Shown here piece by piece: positions 50,586 to 63,723 of a stretch of 64,000 bases of DNA. The number at the start of each line of letters is the position of its first letter. Within the stretch, counting starts at the first letter, position 1. Origin of the DNA: Takakia lepidozioides (Eukaryota; Plantae; Bryophyta). The notes beneath the pieces are model-generated. The model ran no database searches and was not told where the DNA came from. It saw only the letters and a program-made list of their open reading frames with translations. The stretch is taken from contig CM060733.1 of assembly GCA_030704615.1 (NCBI GenBank), positions 73,222,001-73,286,000 of the forward strand, in the 5' to 3' direction. Position numbers and translations under genes: made by a program.

Positions 50586-52576
50586 CATACTTTGTAGTGT
50601 GGTACACAGTGCCAGACATTAGAGGCATTTTTGTGTGACTCCCTTGTGCCATTGCCAGCCTCATTTGTGCTTAAGTTGTGGCAGTAAAACATGTTGTGAT
50701 AGAGTTTGTCAAATTACTGTCGCAGTGTCAACTGTAGGCATTGACAGTTTGGGTGCATCTTATTGTGTTAGTGTAATTTGAGTTCCCAATGTAGATAATA
50801 TACATTTTTGGTGCTTGTTGGTTGGTTGTAGGTGCTTGGCCACGAACGAGGCCCCCCAAATCAAAGGGCAGCACACCTTCACCCTTTCAGGAAGCCGACA
50901 CCACTGATCCCTGATTCGCAGAATGGGGTAAGTGTATGCATCTGCTATTCTCCCCTTCCCGACCTGGATAGACAAATTGTTATTAGCTCCTTGTAGACCT
51001 TGTAGACACAATACGTTCCACGATCCATGTTCCACAATTCTCATGCAATCTGCCATGTTTGGGCTGGGATGGCAGTTCGTGGTGGGAGACCATGTCAAGC
51101 TCATAGACACTGTTTCGCGATCAACAGCCGGATCTGGCCGCATTGCTGGTCTCCAAGGGATGGAGGTGAGTGAAGGGTACCCTGTTGTGCCAGAAGGCTA
51201 TGTGGCCATCCACATTGATGATGTCCGCATTCCCAATGCCCTCTACCATATCACAACAAATCCATGAAGCCTCATCACACTGAGTTGGGAGACACTGTAG
51301 GTTACATTACTGTGTGGAGTGACAAACTAGTGAAGACCTTGCAGACAAAGAGATGAGGCAGGTCGGCTAGCATCGTGGATTTCTTGGGGATTTCCACCTG
51401 TGCCTCATCCGGATTTGGCAACTACGGTAACTTATAGTAGTGACAGTTTCTCTGAATTGACTGTTCAATTTTGATAGCAATCACATGTTGGATTTTCTCA
51501 TGCATGTTGTTGCAAACTTATGCCTCATTAATGAGCAATGTGGTGGTAGGTGGTATGTCCCCATTGCACACACTATGGTTGGTTACGTTGCTGCTGTTCA
51601 TATGTGGTTGATAATGGTGATGCTGGATGGTGATGTTGCTGCTATTGTGGTCTTTCAGAATTACGTCTGTGCCACTTTTGTGCCACTTCTGTGCCTAAAG
51701 TCTTGTTGTATACATGATTGTGATGTTGTATGGCACATGCACGTGGCACCCTATTGGCTGCCTCTGTGGCATATCCACGTGTCCGTCTAGAGTCATAACC
51801 ATGAGTACCGAACCCAATATGATACGTGTATGAGCATATTACATTCCGACACGTGACCCCCTAAGGTCCCCGTGTAGTTGGTCCTATGACTCCATATGCA
51901 GAACGTCCAGTCAAATGTATGTCTACGAAGCAGCACGTGAGGTTTAGAGGATCGTGCACGTGGCACCACCTGGGACTACAACGTCCTCATGGAATCCCCT
52001 GTTCATGGAATATACCGTACTGCGCCAGTCGTAGGTATGACTGGCAAGAATCCACCACAGCTCTCGAAAGTCCAGCACGTGGGCACACACGAACGTGGCA
52101 TATGGTGTCCCCAGATGCTGCCACGTGTTGACCCCAAATTTTCCCCCATGAAGACATACATGTGACTGCGAAGCCCCGTCCCCCACAGTGACACGTGGCA
52201 ATGATATGTCGCACCACGCGTTTCTTCTATGACGCGACACGTGCTGTCGTTTAATTCCCTCGTCCGCTATCATAGCTGGCAGTGAGGGCTGGCGTCGCAG
52301 TCTGACACGTGGCATGTTCTGTAGCCACCACGTGTCTGTCTGACACTGTGGCTGACATGGACTACACTGTCCGTTCAGTCATTCAGTAATGCCAGCGTGT
52401 ATGACTACCCCCACAGCTGCTCTGGCGCCACGTGACAGCCAGCCTGGAGAGTCATATCTGCCATGTCACAACTGACTAGGTCTTTACGTCTTCAGAGTCA
52501 GGAAGTCGTAAATGACTTCCATGACTGCATTTGCAGTCATAACACAGAGACGTAAAAGCCGCTTTTTGTTGTAGTG

Positions 52577-55500
52577 TATTGCAACATACCTCGACCACCT
52601 GAAGATTGGAAGATACCTGGAAGATTGCACACTGACGTGCCTCCATCGCCACGGTTTTATGGAAGGTATGCAAATTTGACCTCGTTTATTCTTGACATGG
52701 TAATTCAAGGAAATATAGGTCCTTCAGTACAGACTGAGGTAGGAGAATCCTCGTCGGTACAACAGTGAGTGTATGTCTAGCTCAGGATCGAGAGACACAC
52801 TCCCAAGCCTAGATAGCATATCGTTTGACACCAGATTACAGAGAAGACTGGCTAGAGAAGCCGTCCGTGATCAGTTGCTAGGGAAAAACCCAGCATTGAG
52901 TCCAGAGTCAGACTCAGAAACTAGAATTTTGGAAAAGATAGAGTGGGAAGGAGAGAACACTGAAAGTTCTTCGGACATCGAGTGTTCACGAGTGGTTTCC
53001 CCTATATCTAGTCCCCTTATACCCCACCGGCCAGGTCAAGGAGTCCCTCGCCGTCATTAGTGTCAATCATGGCACATATTCCAGAACCTCCTGAGGTACC
53101 CATTGTGGTTCCAGCAGGTTTACCCCCGCTAACATTGCCCAGGCATCTGCCTTGGTTCTCCGGGGAAGCACATGAAAATCCAGAATATCATGTGAAAAGC
53201 TTCATCCAATGTTGCTACTCTAACCAAGCACTAAACGATGCCTATTGATTGATATGGTTTCCCACAACCATGAGGGGAAGAGCATCTACTTGGTATTGGC
53301 AACAGGCTCTAGGTATATTTATTACTTGGCAGCAGATTCGGGACGCATTTCTAGATCATTTTCAGGCAGTCCACCAGTTCACCAGTGTCTTGATGGCATT
53401 GGCAAGGATTTGCCAGGGCCCCACAAAGGAGATAGCAGACTTCGAAATGCGATTCAGGGAGCTAATGCGACTCCAAAACCCTTTGACCCCCTTAGATGAT
53501 GGGGTACTCAAAGATTGTTTTTTGAGTGGATTACGAGAGGCCACTCACTTTCATGTTTTGCAGCAAAGACCTGCAACTTTGGTAGAGGCCATACAAGCGG
53601 GCAAGGAATTTGACAACATGCATCGCCAAGTACAACGAGCTAAGATGCCCAACTTTGCTCTACCATCGTACATTTCAATTGAGCCCGCGCAGGAGCCGGC
53701 ACCATTAGCGGTAATCCAGCCCGCGCTGCATTACGAGCCATCTTATGTAGGAGGAGTGAGACCCTATGCCCCAACAACGTCCCCACTGATTCGCGAGTGG
53801 GCCATCTAGAGGCACAAGTCACTTCTCTCATCAAGACCATTGAAACAATGGGCGACCGCATGAGCTCAATCGGTCAGCAGATTACCAACTATGTGGGGTA
53901 CCGAGATGCGGCCCCAGTTGGAGAGTCCGGCCCCAACCCGGCCAAGGTATGGTGTTCCAATTGCAACAATTCGGGACATGCGTCTCAACACTGTCCTTAT
54001 CCCATCCGGGAAAGGCAGGTAAGCCGGAACCCAACTTATCAAGATAGGCCAAAAAGGCAATTCAATCAATCCCATAGAGGATGTCAAAAATGCGGAAGAA
54101 CCACTCACCCAACTGAAAATTGTTGGAGTGACATTGTGTGTTTGCACTGCGGGCCAACGAGGTCACCCCTTGGACAAATGTCCTCATAGACAAGTGGACC
54201 AGCCTACGCCGGCCACCATTCAACAAGTAGAGAGGAATTTGGAAGGGCAGCAAGCACCCTTCCCGGATCAGTATACCACTGAACCACCCAACCTTCTACC
54301 ACAACAGCATAGCATGTATTTTGCTACTCCAGCGCAGATAGCGCAACGGTCTAGAACAGATCAGGCAGGCCCATCATATTCTGGGGGCAATGCAACTATG
54401 GGATAGAATTCCCGAGCAGCCTATTCAAATCCTGCGGTTCAGATAGCCCGGGGTTCTTCTAATACGTGGTCTCCCCCTCAGGATGTAAGGGTGCAGGGAG
54501 GGCAGCAGGCGTCCACTTCGGCGCCATCCCAGCAGCAGGCCAATATGCATCCCGGTCAGTTGTCCCGTCAACGGAGACGCAACACCAAGTCAATTGGATT
54601 TCAAGTGAGCTCGGCGCCACTCAACCTACGCAGGCTAGCCCAGAGGAAGGTAGCTATGTAGTAATGACATATGCTAGGGAAAGGCCCTGGGTATGTGGCA
54701 TCGGAGTCAGCCACATTGGCATCAGAACAGGAAGATCTGAACTTTTGAAGTCATGAAGTCAGACGCACGAAAGGCGGCGGAAAATGTACTCAGGGAGGAA
54801 GAGGATACCCATCCCAAGGAGAAGGAGGTAGCATTTGCAGAGGCCGAATCTCCAACAGCCCGGCCAACCGTTTCCCGGCCACCTTTGACATCCAGAACAA
54901 AGAGTCCGGCCAATCGACGAGTAGCACCAGCGAAGCTTCCCAAAAGGAGAACACACTCCACTATGCGCTTCACCAATGAGTGGGAGCCGTATAATCTAAT
55001 GGAAGACTTGCGCCACATTCAGGCAAACATTACATTTGCCCAACTCATAGCACTGGCACCAACAGTTCGACATGCTCTCAAGGCATCCTTGGTGAGGAAG
55101 CGAGTAGGTACTTTTGCTCAGACCCACCACATTAACGCCCATGTCGATCCGGGCCCAGTAGAAATAGAAGTGGATGGAAGTGCAAGTGGAGATTGCAGAC
55201 CGTCTGATACGACGTTGTTTAGTGGATGATGGGAGCTCAGTCAACATCATGCCACTCTCCACCTTGTCAAAGTTAGGATTGAACATGACAGGGGAGTCTC
55301 CATTAACTATCAGACTGGTTGACCAATGGAAGATCAGACCAGTGGATCACTTAGCGAATGTTCGGCTAAAGACCGGAGGCTACACGTACGCGGTAGATTT
55401 CCAAATCATAGATTTCCCCATTGATGTATATTCCTACGCACTCCTCCTAGGGAGGCCATGGTTGGTCCAGTCCCGAGCTCGAACGGACTGGGGGGCAAGT

Positions 55501-56355
55501 ACCATCACTTATGGGATAAAACCTTACACGACTACAGTCACTTTTCTTTCGGGAGCACCTCACCACGAAACAGATGAGGATGAGCTCAACATGATTGGTT
55601 CTGAAGAGGAAGCTGCGGACTTGAGTGAGGAGGACTGGTGGACAGATAGAGAGATCCATCCAACGTCATATGCCCACCGAGTATTAGCAACTAGCACCGC
55701 AAATTGCAGGGAGGTTAAGCGAATGAAGGTAGGACTAGAGGATGCCGTCAAGTCCCTAGGTCCGGGTTTATATGAATGCGAGTCTGATGCAGACTGCATC
55801 GCCTGGTTGTTCGGAGAAAACCAAGGCAAGGAGGTGATGGTACACTCGGTATCAACCGAGGCACTTCCAGAGTTTGAATCACTAACCAAGCTCTTCTCGA
55901 TATCCGCCGAACAGGTTGGTCTGCAGGAACTGGAGATTCCTCGGGAGGAGAACGGCGAGATCATTGACATGCGAATTGTAGAGGAGGCCAACCTAGAAAG
56001 GGATGTGATGAAACATAGTGCCCCCTACATTCCATATTTACAACAAGGGTCAAACAGATCAAGGTTTGAACCAGGATCAACCTTCACAGCCGAGCCAACA
56101 ACGCAATTGGTCGATATGGCGGTGGGAGGAGAATCACCCAAGATGGTGAAGGTTGGATCTCATTTGACAGTAGAACAGGCGGCAGAGTACCAGGCCTTGT
56201 TCAAAGAATTTAGAGACATCTTCGCGTGGTCCTACACTGAGTTGAAGGGGGTGCCCTCTTATGTGGCCATGCACTCTATTCCCCTGATTCCGGGAGCTAC
56301 ACCACAACGGCAGCGAGAAAGGAGGGTGAATCCCAATCTGGCCCTTCTCATCAAG
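52577..56355 (+). mobile_element. Ty3/gypsy retroelement fragment: gag, three zinc knuckles, protease, start of RT
   Basis: LPWFSGEAHENPEYHV...FPTTMRGRASTWY; CSNCNNSGHASQHC, CQKCGRTTHPTENC and C..CGQRGHPLDKC; LVDDGSSVNIM; LLLGRPWL; EFRDIFAWSYTELKG. Truncated at about 56355; no LTR seen. Confidence 0.9.
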
Positions 56356-58200
56356 CAGACCACCAGATCCAAAAACTCGGCGCACAGCGTTGAAGTTAGC
56401 TGTGCACTATCCGCCATAAACCCGTTGAAATTTATGCATGTATGTCCATTGGACTCCATGACTGAAAGCAAACAATTCCACATTATCATCTGGGACTTTG
56501 TATCTTCAGATTGCATGTCACAGATGGCAATTGTCATTATTCTTTGGTAGTTCGGGTCGTAAACATGGCAAGACATGGTTGTCCAGCCCTTCACTCGTTT
56601 GCAATGATCGAACATCATCCAAGCTTTCTCTAGATCCCCCCCTGGTTGCATACGTCTGGCCAGGCTGACGCCACTGCCCTCGCCCACCGTAGACATCTTG
56701 AACAAGTAAACCTTGGAAGACCCTTGACCCGAAAAGACGCTAGATTGGATAAAGTCATATTGACTTATTTGCTTGAGCTCCATAATGTTGTCGATGGACC
56801 CTGTGTTTCCACCGCGCACTCTCAATGCATTCACCTGATTCCTAATATTGGGGGATCTCAACACGGAGAAGTGACCATCACTGCATCCAAAGACGCCCCC
56901 CTCAAGTCTTGAGCTGGATTTGCTTCCTTGCCCCAGAATGTGCCTCTCCAGGAAACTTTTGCTAGCAGCCAGCGCTATGGCAGATGGTTTGGCTGAAGGG
57001 GACTTTGCAAACTCCTCCGCAACAAGCCCACGTGCCAACTCCACACTATCTCTACAATCGCCGTGAGGATGGTTGTGGGTCCCAAAATGAATGTAGGCCC
57101 GAATCATGGTTTTGCAATGATGAGTAACGTAGTACATGCGAGCACGACAATGTGCAATGCAGGAGGGGGCCACCTTGCAGAACTTACAAACAAATGTACT
57201 GGCAGACGGTGGGGCACAGCCTGGGATAAAAGGATTGTCGGAGAGTCCTTCCCACTCACTCTCATTTTTAGCACCGCTCTTCGTGAAACGCAGGCAACTT
57301 GCATTCACACATCTCAGATGCCCCACACAAACGCTCCTTCTGAATGTCAAGTTTACATTGTTGTGGATATTGGACGTTTTGGTTCTGCATCATGGATGGC
57401 CGTCATGCTTTTTATCCATTCCTTGCAAGAGACCTGCGAGGCCCCAAGCACAAGTTGGTGGATTCAGCTCAAAGAGGATGTCACCGTCGAAGGAAGGTGA
57501 AAGGAAATGAACCCTTTTTGTTGCGAATGAATCCCACAGTATCCCTGCGATCTCGTTTTTGGATCCTGGTTTTCCTGACAATGCTTTAAGATGTGGGATG
57601 ACGCTAACGATTTCCTGAACATTGACGTCCCCTTCAGGAAGACTATTCATGGGAGCCAGTATTTTGGCGAATTCATCATCCGAGGAATCCGACAGTGTCA
57701 CAAAAGTTGTTGAAGTGGTGTCCTCCTGCTTCATAGTCACATGCCGCTTTCCTTGAACGACAAAGGCAGCTGTCCCATGAGTCACAATGGAGCCACCGGA
57801 TTGTCTCCTTTCACTTTGGAACACACGCTATTTTCCAGGAAGAACTCTCCATTCCTTGTGTTTTTGTGCAACATGCGGTTTCTGGAACAACTTTCTTTGA
57901 ACGTAACACAGCCAATGTCAAGCTTGAACCTTGCTGCCAGAACATGCTCCTCCACCACGGCAAAACCGTCATCTTCAACCGCGGCACTGAAAGGGCAAGG
58001 TTCTTCAGTATACTGAAACTCGACGAAGGCCACGTCATTAGGAGAAGCCATGTGGTGAACATACGATGGTGAGTATCAATACAACTGTGCGACATGGACA
58101 TGTAAAAACCTTCCGGAGGCGATTGCCAAATCCCAAAAGTGTTTGCTAAGGCAAGAGGCAGTTGTACAATTGGCCCCACACATTAACCAATAACGGTCAA
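56356..58200 (-). mobile_element. Mutator-like transposase with GCM-like zinc DNA-binding domain, 3'-truncated
   Basis: MDKKHDGHP; CVGHLRCVNASC...CKFC...CIAHCRARMYY...IHFGTHNHP; WMMFDHCKRVKGWTTMSCHVYD; AICDMQSED; GFMADSAQ. Confidence 0.75.
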
Positions 58201-59197
58201 GGGTATTGAACCACACCGCCAAAACAGTTGGGCAGTTGCCAAATTGATGGAGAAGGGAACAAAACTGTTTATTTTGTTAGTGTCACACCACCGGGAAAAG
58301 ACGGCACCGTCTTAGATATGGCAATCCAATCGTTTTGCGGCGTTCCACAACGTGAACCCGAACAGTGCATTGAGTGCCGAACCCGGGAAATATCCGACAC
58401 CGGATGAACGCGGCATGGCGTTCTTGACGTTATGTATGTTTTCGTTTCGAAGAAGGAAAAATCTGTGTATGATAGGGCGGTGGCATGTCTCATGTGCGCA
58501 ATATTTCATCCAAATCACTAAACATCCACATTTGAAGAAAACAGCCTTATTGATGGCATTAGGGGCGCCCAATAAACCGCAGCCAGTGAGAGCGATCCAT
58601 TTAGGGGGTTAGAAGGCAGACACGCACGTCGTTAACCACATGCATAACTGACGGCTTTAGAGGGTTCCTTACTTTCTCTATTGTTGTTAGTCAAGCTGGA
58701 GAGCTGCGGGAGTGAGAGAGAAGACATAGTAAGAAGACGTAGAAGGCAGTCCCTTTACTTCACGAGTGCGAGAGAGAGGAAAAACGCGCGAGTCAGAATG
58801 AGAAAGTTGCTCAATCTGCAAAACGCTGATGAGCAGGTTGCACAGGATACGTGTCGCGCACCTCACTTCGGTAAGCTCCCCTTCAAGTCATAGTTACTCG
58901 CTTTGATGCGCGCGCCTGACTCCCAACCTGGCCGCCGGGCCAACTTGGATGCTCACCGGGGCATAACGGTCCCCCCTTTGTTCTCCCAAAGATCACTCCA
59001 CCGATTTGGAACCAGCGGGAATTCCCTTTGGTAGTTGGCAGTCCGGAACAGCTCCCCACTCTTTGGTCGCTTTCCGGCTCGCTCGTTTACTTACTAGTTT
59101 TTGGTCACCAACGGGCTTGCACCGTTCTCGGGGTTACTACTCCCTATATATACTTCTGTAGCTGTCCGCGGGGGTTTCACAACCAGCCATGCCATTT

Positions 59198-62100
59198 TAT
59201 GGCGAACCACCACGAAGACCCTCGATTCCTGGTGGTGAGTCGCGGTGAGTCTTGGCCCACTCACCGCGGCCCCAATGGACCGTGATGAGTCCCAAGACTC
59301 CCCACGACTCCCACCTCGAGGTCTCCACCCCATGGTGAGTCCTATGCCACCCCCACTAAGTCCCGCTAAGCTACCACCACCCCTTGTGGAGCCACCCCCA
59401 CCGCAACCCGGTGTGCGGGGCTCCACCTAGTGAGCGCCTCCGCCTCCTTGAGTGCCTTGGGCACTCAAGGGTGCTTCAGCCCCCGTACCTATTGCTGCTA
59501 CTGCCCCCACCACAGGGGCAGCCCCTCTTGTGTCCCGACCCCCCCTGCCCTCAAGGCAAAGGGCCGTGACAATACGTCCACCCAGGAATCACAACAGATC
59601 ACAGAGGAGGTCCAGCCTGAAATGGAGGGAAGAAGGGAAGGGGAGGAGACTGGCCCGGAGACCATTGTGCATGACATGGACATCGACACCACCACTGTTG
59701 GTGAGAAGGTAGCGACACCAAAGGAGGCGGTGAGGACGCAGCAAGAAGAGGCATCGGGAAGTGCGGTCATGAAACCCAAGGTAATCCTTCTCCCAAACTG
59801 CATGAATCTCGCTTGACTGTCGTACTAAGAGCATAGACAGGATACGAGAGATCCCTTGAAAATTGGGTGCGGCACCGCACTCAGTTTTGAGGGGAGCTCT
59901 ATCACTTCCATTGTGGGCCGAGGTGAATACGTTAGTCTTAGAGGCAGCAGGATCTGAAATGGAAGCCTGAGAGGGACACGGGGAAACTGAGTGCGGTGGC
60001 GCACTCATTTCAACTGGAACTATAAGGTGAAAATGATTGTGGAAATTGGAAAGCATTCTTTTTTAGTTATGGCAAGAACATCAGAACACCCTGGAAACTG
60101 AGTGTGGTGGCGCACTCAGTTTTAACAGTGGACTCGCAGATATTTGAAAACAGTATGTAAGTCGAAGTTGATTTGGAATCCGGTTTTTTAACTGAATATA
60201 TATTTGTACAGTTTTGAGTGTGGTGGCGCACTCAATTTCTGCCTCTAAAATGAAGCACACTATGTGGAAGAGGAAGTGACATAGGAGCCATTGACTGAGT
60301 AGAGATGGAGTGCCTGCAATGAACATGATTTCATAGATGTTATGGATAGTGCCCAAAAAATGAGTGCTCCACCGCACTCAATTCTGGTTGACAGGATAAG
60401 AGGGTTATGTATGTAGTTTTGGAGAACTGATGTTTGTCTGTTCCGATCCTTTGTCAGTCTTGAAAGTGAGTGCGCCACCGCACTCAATTCTTGTAGGTGC
60501 CAGATCAGGAAAATATAGCTGTAGAATGACGGAAACGCTGTAATTGTGGGAGGTGCAGGGGAGGAAAAGAAAAGGATTGCAGCCTGAGAAGCAGCAGCAG
60601 CAGGAGGAGACAGTGACTGAGAAGGCTGTTGAAGAAGACGATCCTTTCTACGAAGACCGAGCGGCAAAGGTCCTCGTGTACCAGAAGGTGAATTCCGCGC
60701 AGGTGATCAAGTCTATGCAGGTACCTGGAGGCAAGATTATGATCCCTCTCTGCCGCCTAATATCAATGCCAATCGTTCGACCTACCCTGATTGGGGATGT
60801 GTCCAAGTTGGAGCAAGATTTTAGTCACGGATACATAGAGGGGTCTCTAGTGTTTTACGCGTCCTTGTGCGATGCCAGTGGAAAGGAGGTCTTGGTGGAT
60901 GAGTCAATTGTGAAAAGCTGGGATCCAATATGGCGAGAAGTAAACGAGGAGTTTGAAGCCCAAATTTTGAGGAGACTGTCCACACAGGTGTTCTCCGGGA
61001 AAATGTTTCATATCTGGGATGGCAATCACCGCTTCATGGCCTGGATGAACGTCATAAACAAATATCACAGCACAGACGAGGACTGGCACTACCTTGTGGC
61101 GTCCATGGTGTTGGATCCAAAAGGAAACGTCACAGCACTTCTGACGGCTATGCATGACATCAACAAGTAAGTGTAATGCTCACCCTTCATGCCATCAGAA
61201 CTCTCCGATTTGTTCTGTCTGTTTTGTATTTCCTGGTGAAGGATGAAGTCATAGTGTTTGTGTGGGACTGCAGGGGAACCGAAAGTGCATACGTGACGAC
61301 GAATTTGGTCCACACTCTATTCAGGATACAGAAGGTGGGCCAAATGCCACTGGTCACCTTCAAAAACCTTATCAGTGCTGAGGCTTACAAGAAGTGCGAG
61401 ACCTCCAAATTCGCCGACACATGGTACAAGCTGACCAGGGAGGCTTTCTGTGACTACATGTACGCTGTAAGTATTCCTTCCCTAGTTCTGTCTACTTGTT
61501 CATTCAAAAAACCAGTTCACTAATACGTTGTATACTGGAATGTTCAGCAAGAGATTGCAGAGGCTGGAGAGAAAGGGAAAGCAGAGTACCATGCCAAAAA
61601 AGACCCAGGGGAGCGATCCTCAAAAGGTGTGGAAGAATCTATGAACAAGGAGATGGAGGTGGCAAAGAGGCACTACATGAGCGCGTTTGTAAAACAACTT
61701 AGAATAGCCGACCCTGCTTTTGGCCCAGAGTTCTTGAATCAGGTCAGGATCCATTGGAACGTGACACCAAGCCCGAAATGATGCAGGAGAAGCTTCATCG
61801 CCTGTCCACTGCCGTAGTGGAGCCAAAGGTGAAAGTGAAATGGCTTGAGATTTGGAACGCCAACCCGACAGTGAAAGATAACCACAACTTTCCGAAGAGT
61901 GAGAAGAACAAGGAAACAGGAGTCATAAAGCAATTCAGTGACCATGTTCTTGATATGTGGCTGCACAAAGCCACGTACTGGGCACAGGTTTTTTCCTCTC
62001 GCCTTTCCATTTCCACTGCACACCTGCATTGCACCGGGAAAAGTCACTTACAGTTCTTAAAAATCTGTTCTCTGAATTGTAAATCTGTTCTTGCGCAGAT

Positions 62101-63723
62101 AGAGGCTCGGGCACAGCTGGTGCTGGAGAAGCAGCTGAATGATTACAAGATAACTATGACTCCACCAATGGATACTCTAGAAGACTATGTCCGCCAGTGG
62201 AAAGCAGCTTGCTTCGGCACTTGCTTCTTCAGGGAGTTCGCCAAAGAGGGAGGCATCTCGCGCACTAACGACTTCGAGCAGCAGCATGGATCAGAACAGG
62301 CTATGAAGAGGGTTCTATACAGGTTTGTCTTGACACTCTTTTTCCACCCTTCGTTCCTGTCTCACGAAGTTTCGATGTCGTTGCAGCCCTACTCTGTTGA
62401 ATACACAGTCCCAAAACTGTGTGCGCTGATGCACTCAGTAAAGGGGTGGGCACTTCTGTGTTTCCCAAGCTTTCATTCTACATACAAACATCTGATCCTG
62501 TACTGAATCACACCTGCCCTGGCTTGTGAGTAGGGCCTGGGTGGACAGACCAAAAATTGAGTGCGCTGGCGCACACAGTCAAGGGGGCCTGAAACCGTTT
62601 TCTCACGCTTTCCCCACTTACTAACATTCCCTCTATTTTGATTGTGTAGGTACATCAAGAACGTTCTCATTCCAGGCAAGAACCTGAGTTGACACCCGCA
62701 CTTTATTGACCTATGGTGTGACCCATCCAACGCTTAGACAATGTACACTGCAGCGATTTTGAAGGATTACGGGACCTCACATCTTCGAGACTGCTACTGG
62801 TATATGGATATCCCACGGTCTAGATGCCCTTGGTTTGAGCTTGTGACCCGAAATCAAAACGACAATGCAGAGGCCTTGGCCCCTCTAACGGACAAGGAGT
62901 TGCACGAGAGAAACTTGAGGATATTGGCTGAGAAAGAGCCTCTTGCACAGAATACGCCTGTGAAGCCTAGAAAAGACAAGGGGAAAGGGAAGGTAAAGGG
63001 GCAGAAAAACACTCCGAATGAGAATGAGAAGGAGTCCGTGGTGCAACCGGGGCAATGCAGACCCCACCCCCAGCCAAAAAGCCTGACCGAAAGAAGAAGG
63101 GTCTAAAAGAGCCCTACGATGCAATGGAGCACCCATCCAGAATCATTTTTCCGGGCATGTGCAAGCTGGTAATGACGAGTGCCTGGCCATGATGGAGACA
63201 AGGAAGTCAAGTTACGGTGGTGATCCTTCCAAAACGTGGGACAAACTATGTGCTTTTCTCCAATTGGTAAGCAATTATCATGCATGTGTTTGAGTTTTGT
63301 TTTCTTTGTTTTATTTTTACTCGGATCAGAAATGTCGCTTATAAAGCATCCTCCCCTTCTTACACGTTGTATTGCTTGCAGGCATGGAGGTGGAAGGAAT
63401 CTTGGGTGAATGGTGCACAGAAACCGTTTGCTTCGGAGATGGTTATTGTGGACATTCCGGATGGGCATCCAGTCCGGGATATTCTGCTCAGTGACACCTG
63501 CCCAACATGGAACAAATTTGACGAGAGGTATTGGAGTTGGGTGTTTTCATTTTGCAAGTTTTTCCTTTCCGATGCAGGGGTTCTTGTTATCATACAATCT
63601 GTCACGATGAGATGTCGCCGGGAGCTGGCAAGCTACTTGAAAGCCTCGGGGATGCGGATTATCAAGACCCGGAACTGTGTCAACAGCCTATATCTGTCGA
63701 AGGGGGATTGCCCATGGCAGAAG
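59198..63723 (+). pseudogene. Multi-exon gene with ParB/Srx-like and amino-methyltransferase-like domains; exons ~59198-59780, 60497-61166, 61274-61466, 61548-61987, 62099-62322, 62650-63266, 63382-63723; probably continues past the window
   Basis: IPLCRLISMPIVRP...FHIWDGNHRFMAW (61015-61032) and EMVIVDIPDG...WN...Y...FLSDAGVLVII (63436-63590). GT-AG junctions. A few in-frame stops and frameshifts in this copy. Confidence 0.65.

Larger units (their letters stand above)
40578..51350 (+). pseudogene. CACTA accessory (TNP1/Ptta-like) gene; exon remnants ~40578-40742, 41521-42523, ~49478-49920, ~51060-51350
   Basis: GT/AG-bounded Pro-rich exons. HWDRLVVY...KPSKTGRGGKASVEARL resembles the Ptta/En/Spm domain. 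VKLID...GSGRI...VPEGYVAIHID resembles the TNP1 C-terminal domain. Confidence 0.55.
34570..52576. mobile_element. Large CACTA (En/Spm) element; right TIR at 52576, left TIR not found; contains nested insertions
   Basis: Ends CGTAAAAGCCGCTTTTTGTTGTAGTG. Contains a TNP2-type transposase (-), a TNP1/Ptta-type gene (+) and subterminal repeats. Confidence 0.75.

Noticed and set aside
43227-52576. Pairing the 43227 left TIR with the 52576 right TIR
   Set aside because: The TSD GAC matches only the 47695 end; 52576 is followed by TAT.
59864-60486. CRISPR array in intron 1
   Set aside because: The repeats are only 20 bp and degenerate, the spacers are 86-126 bp and uneven, and there are no cas genes.
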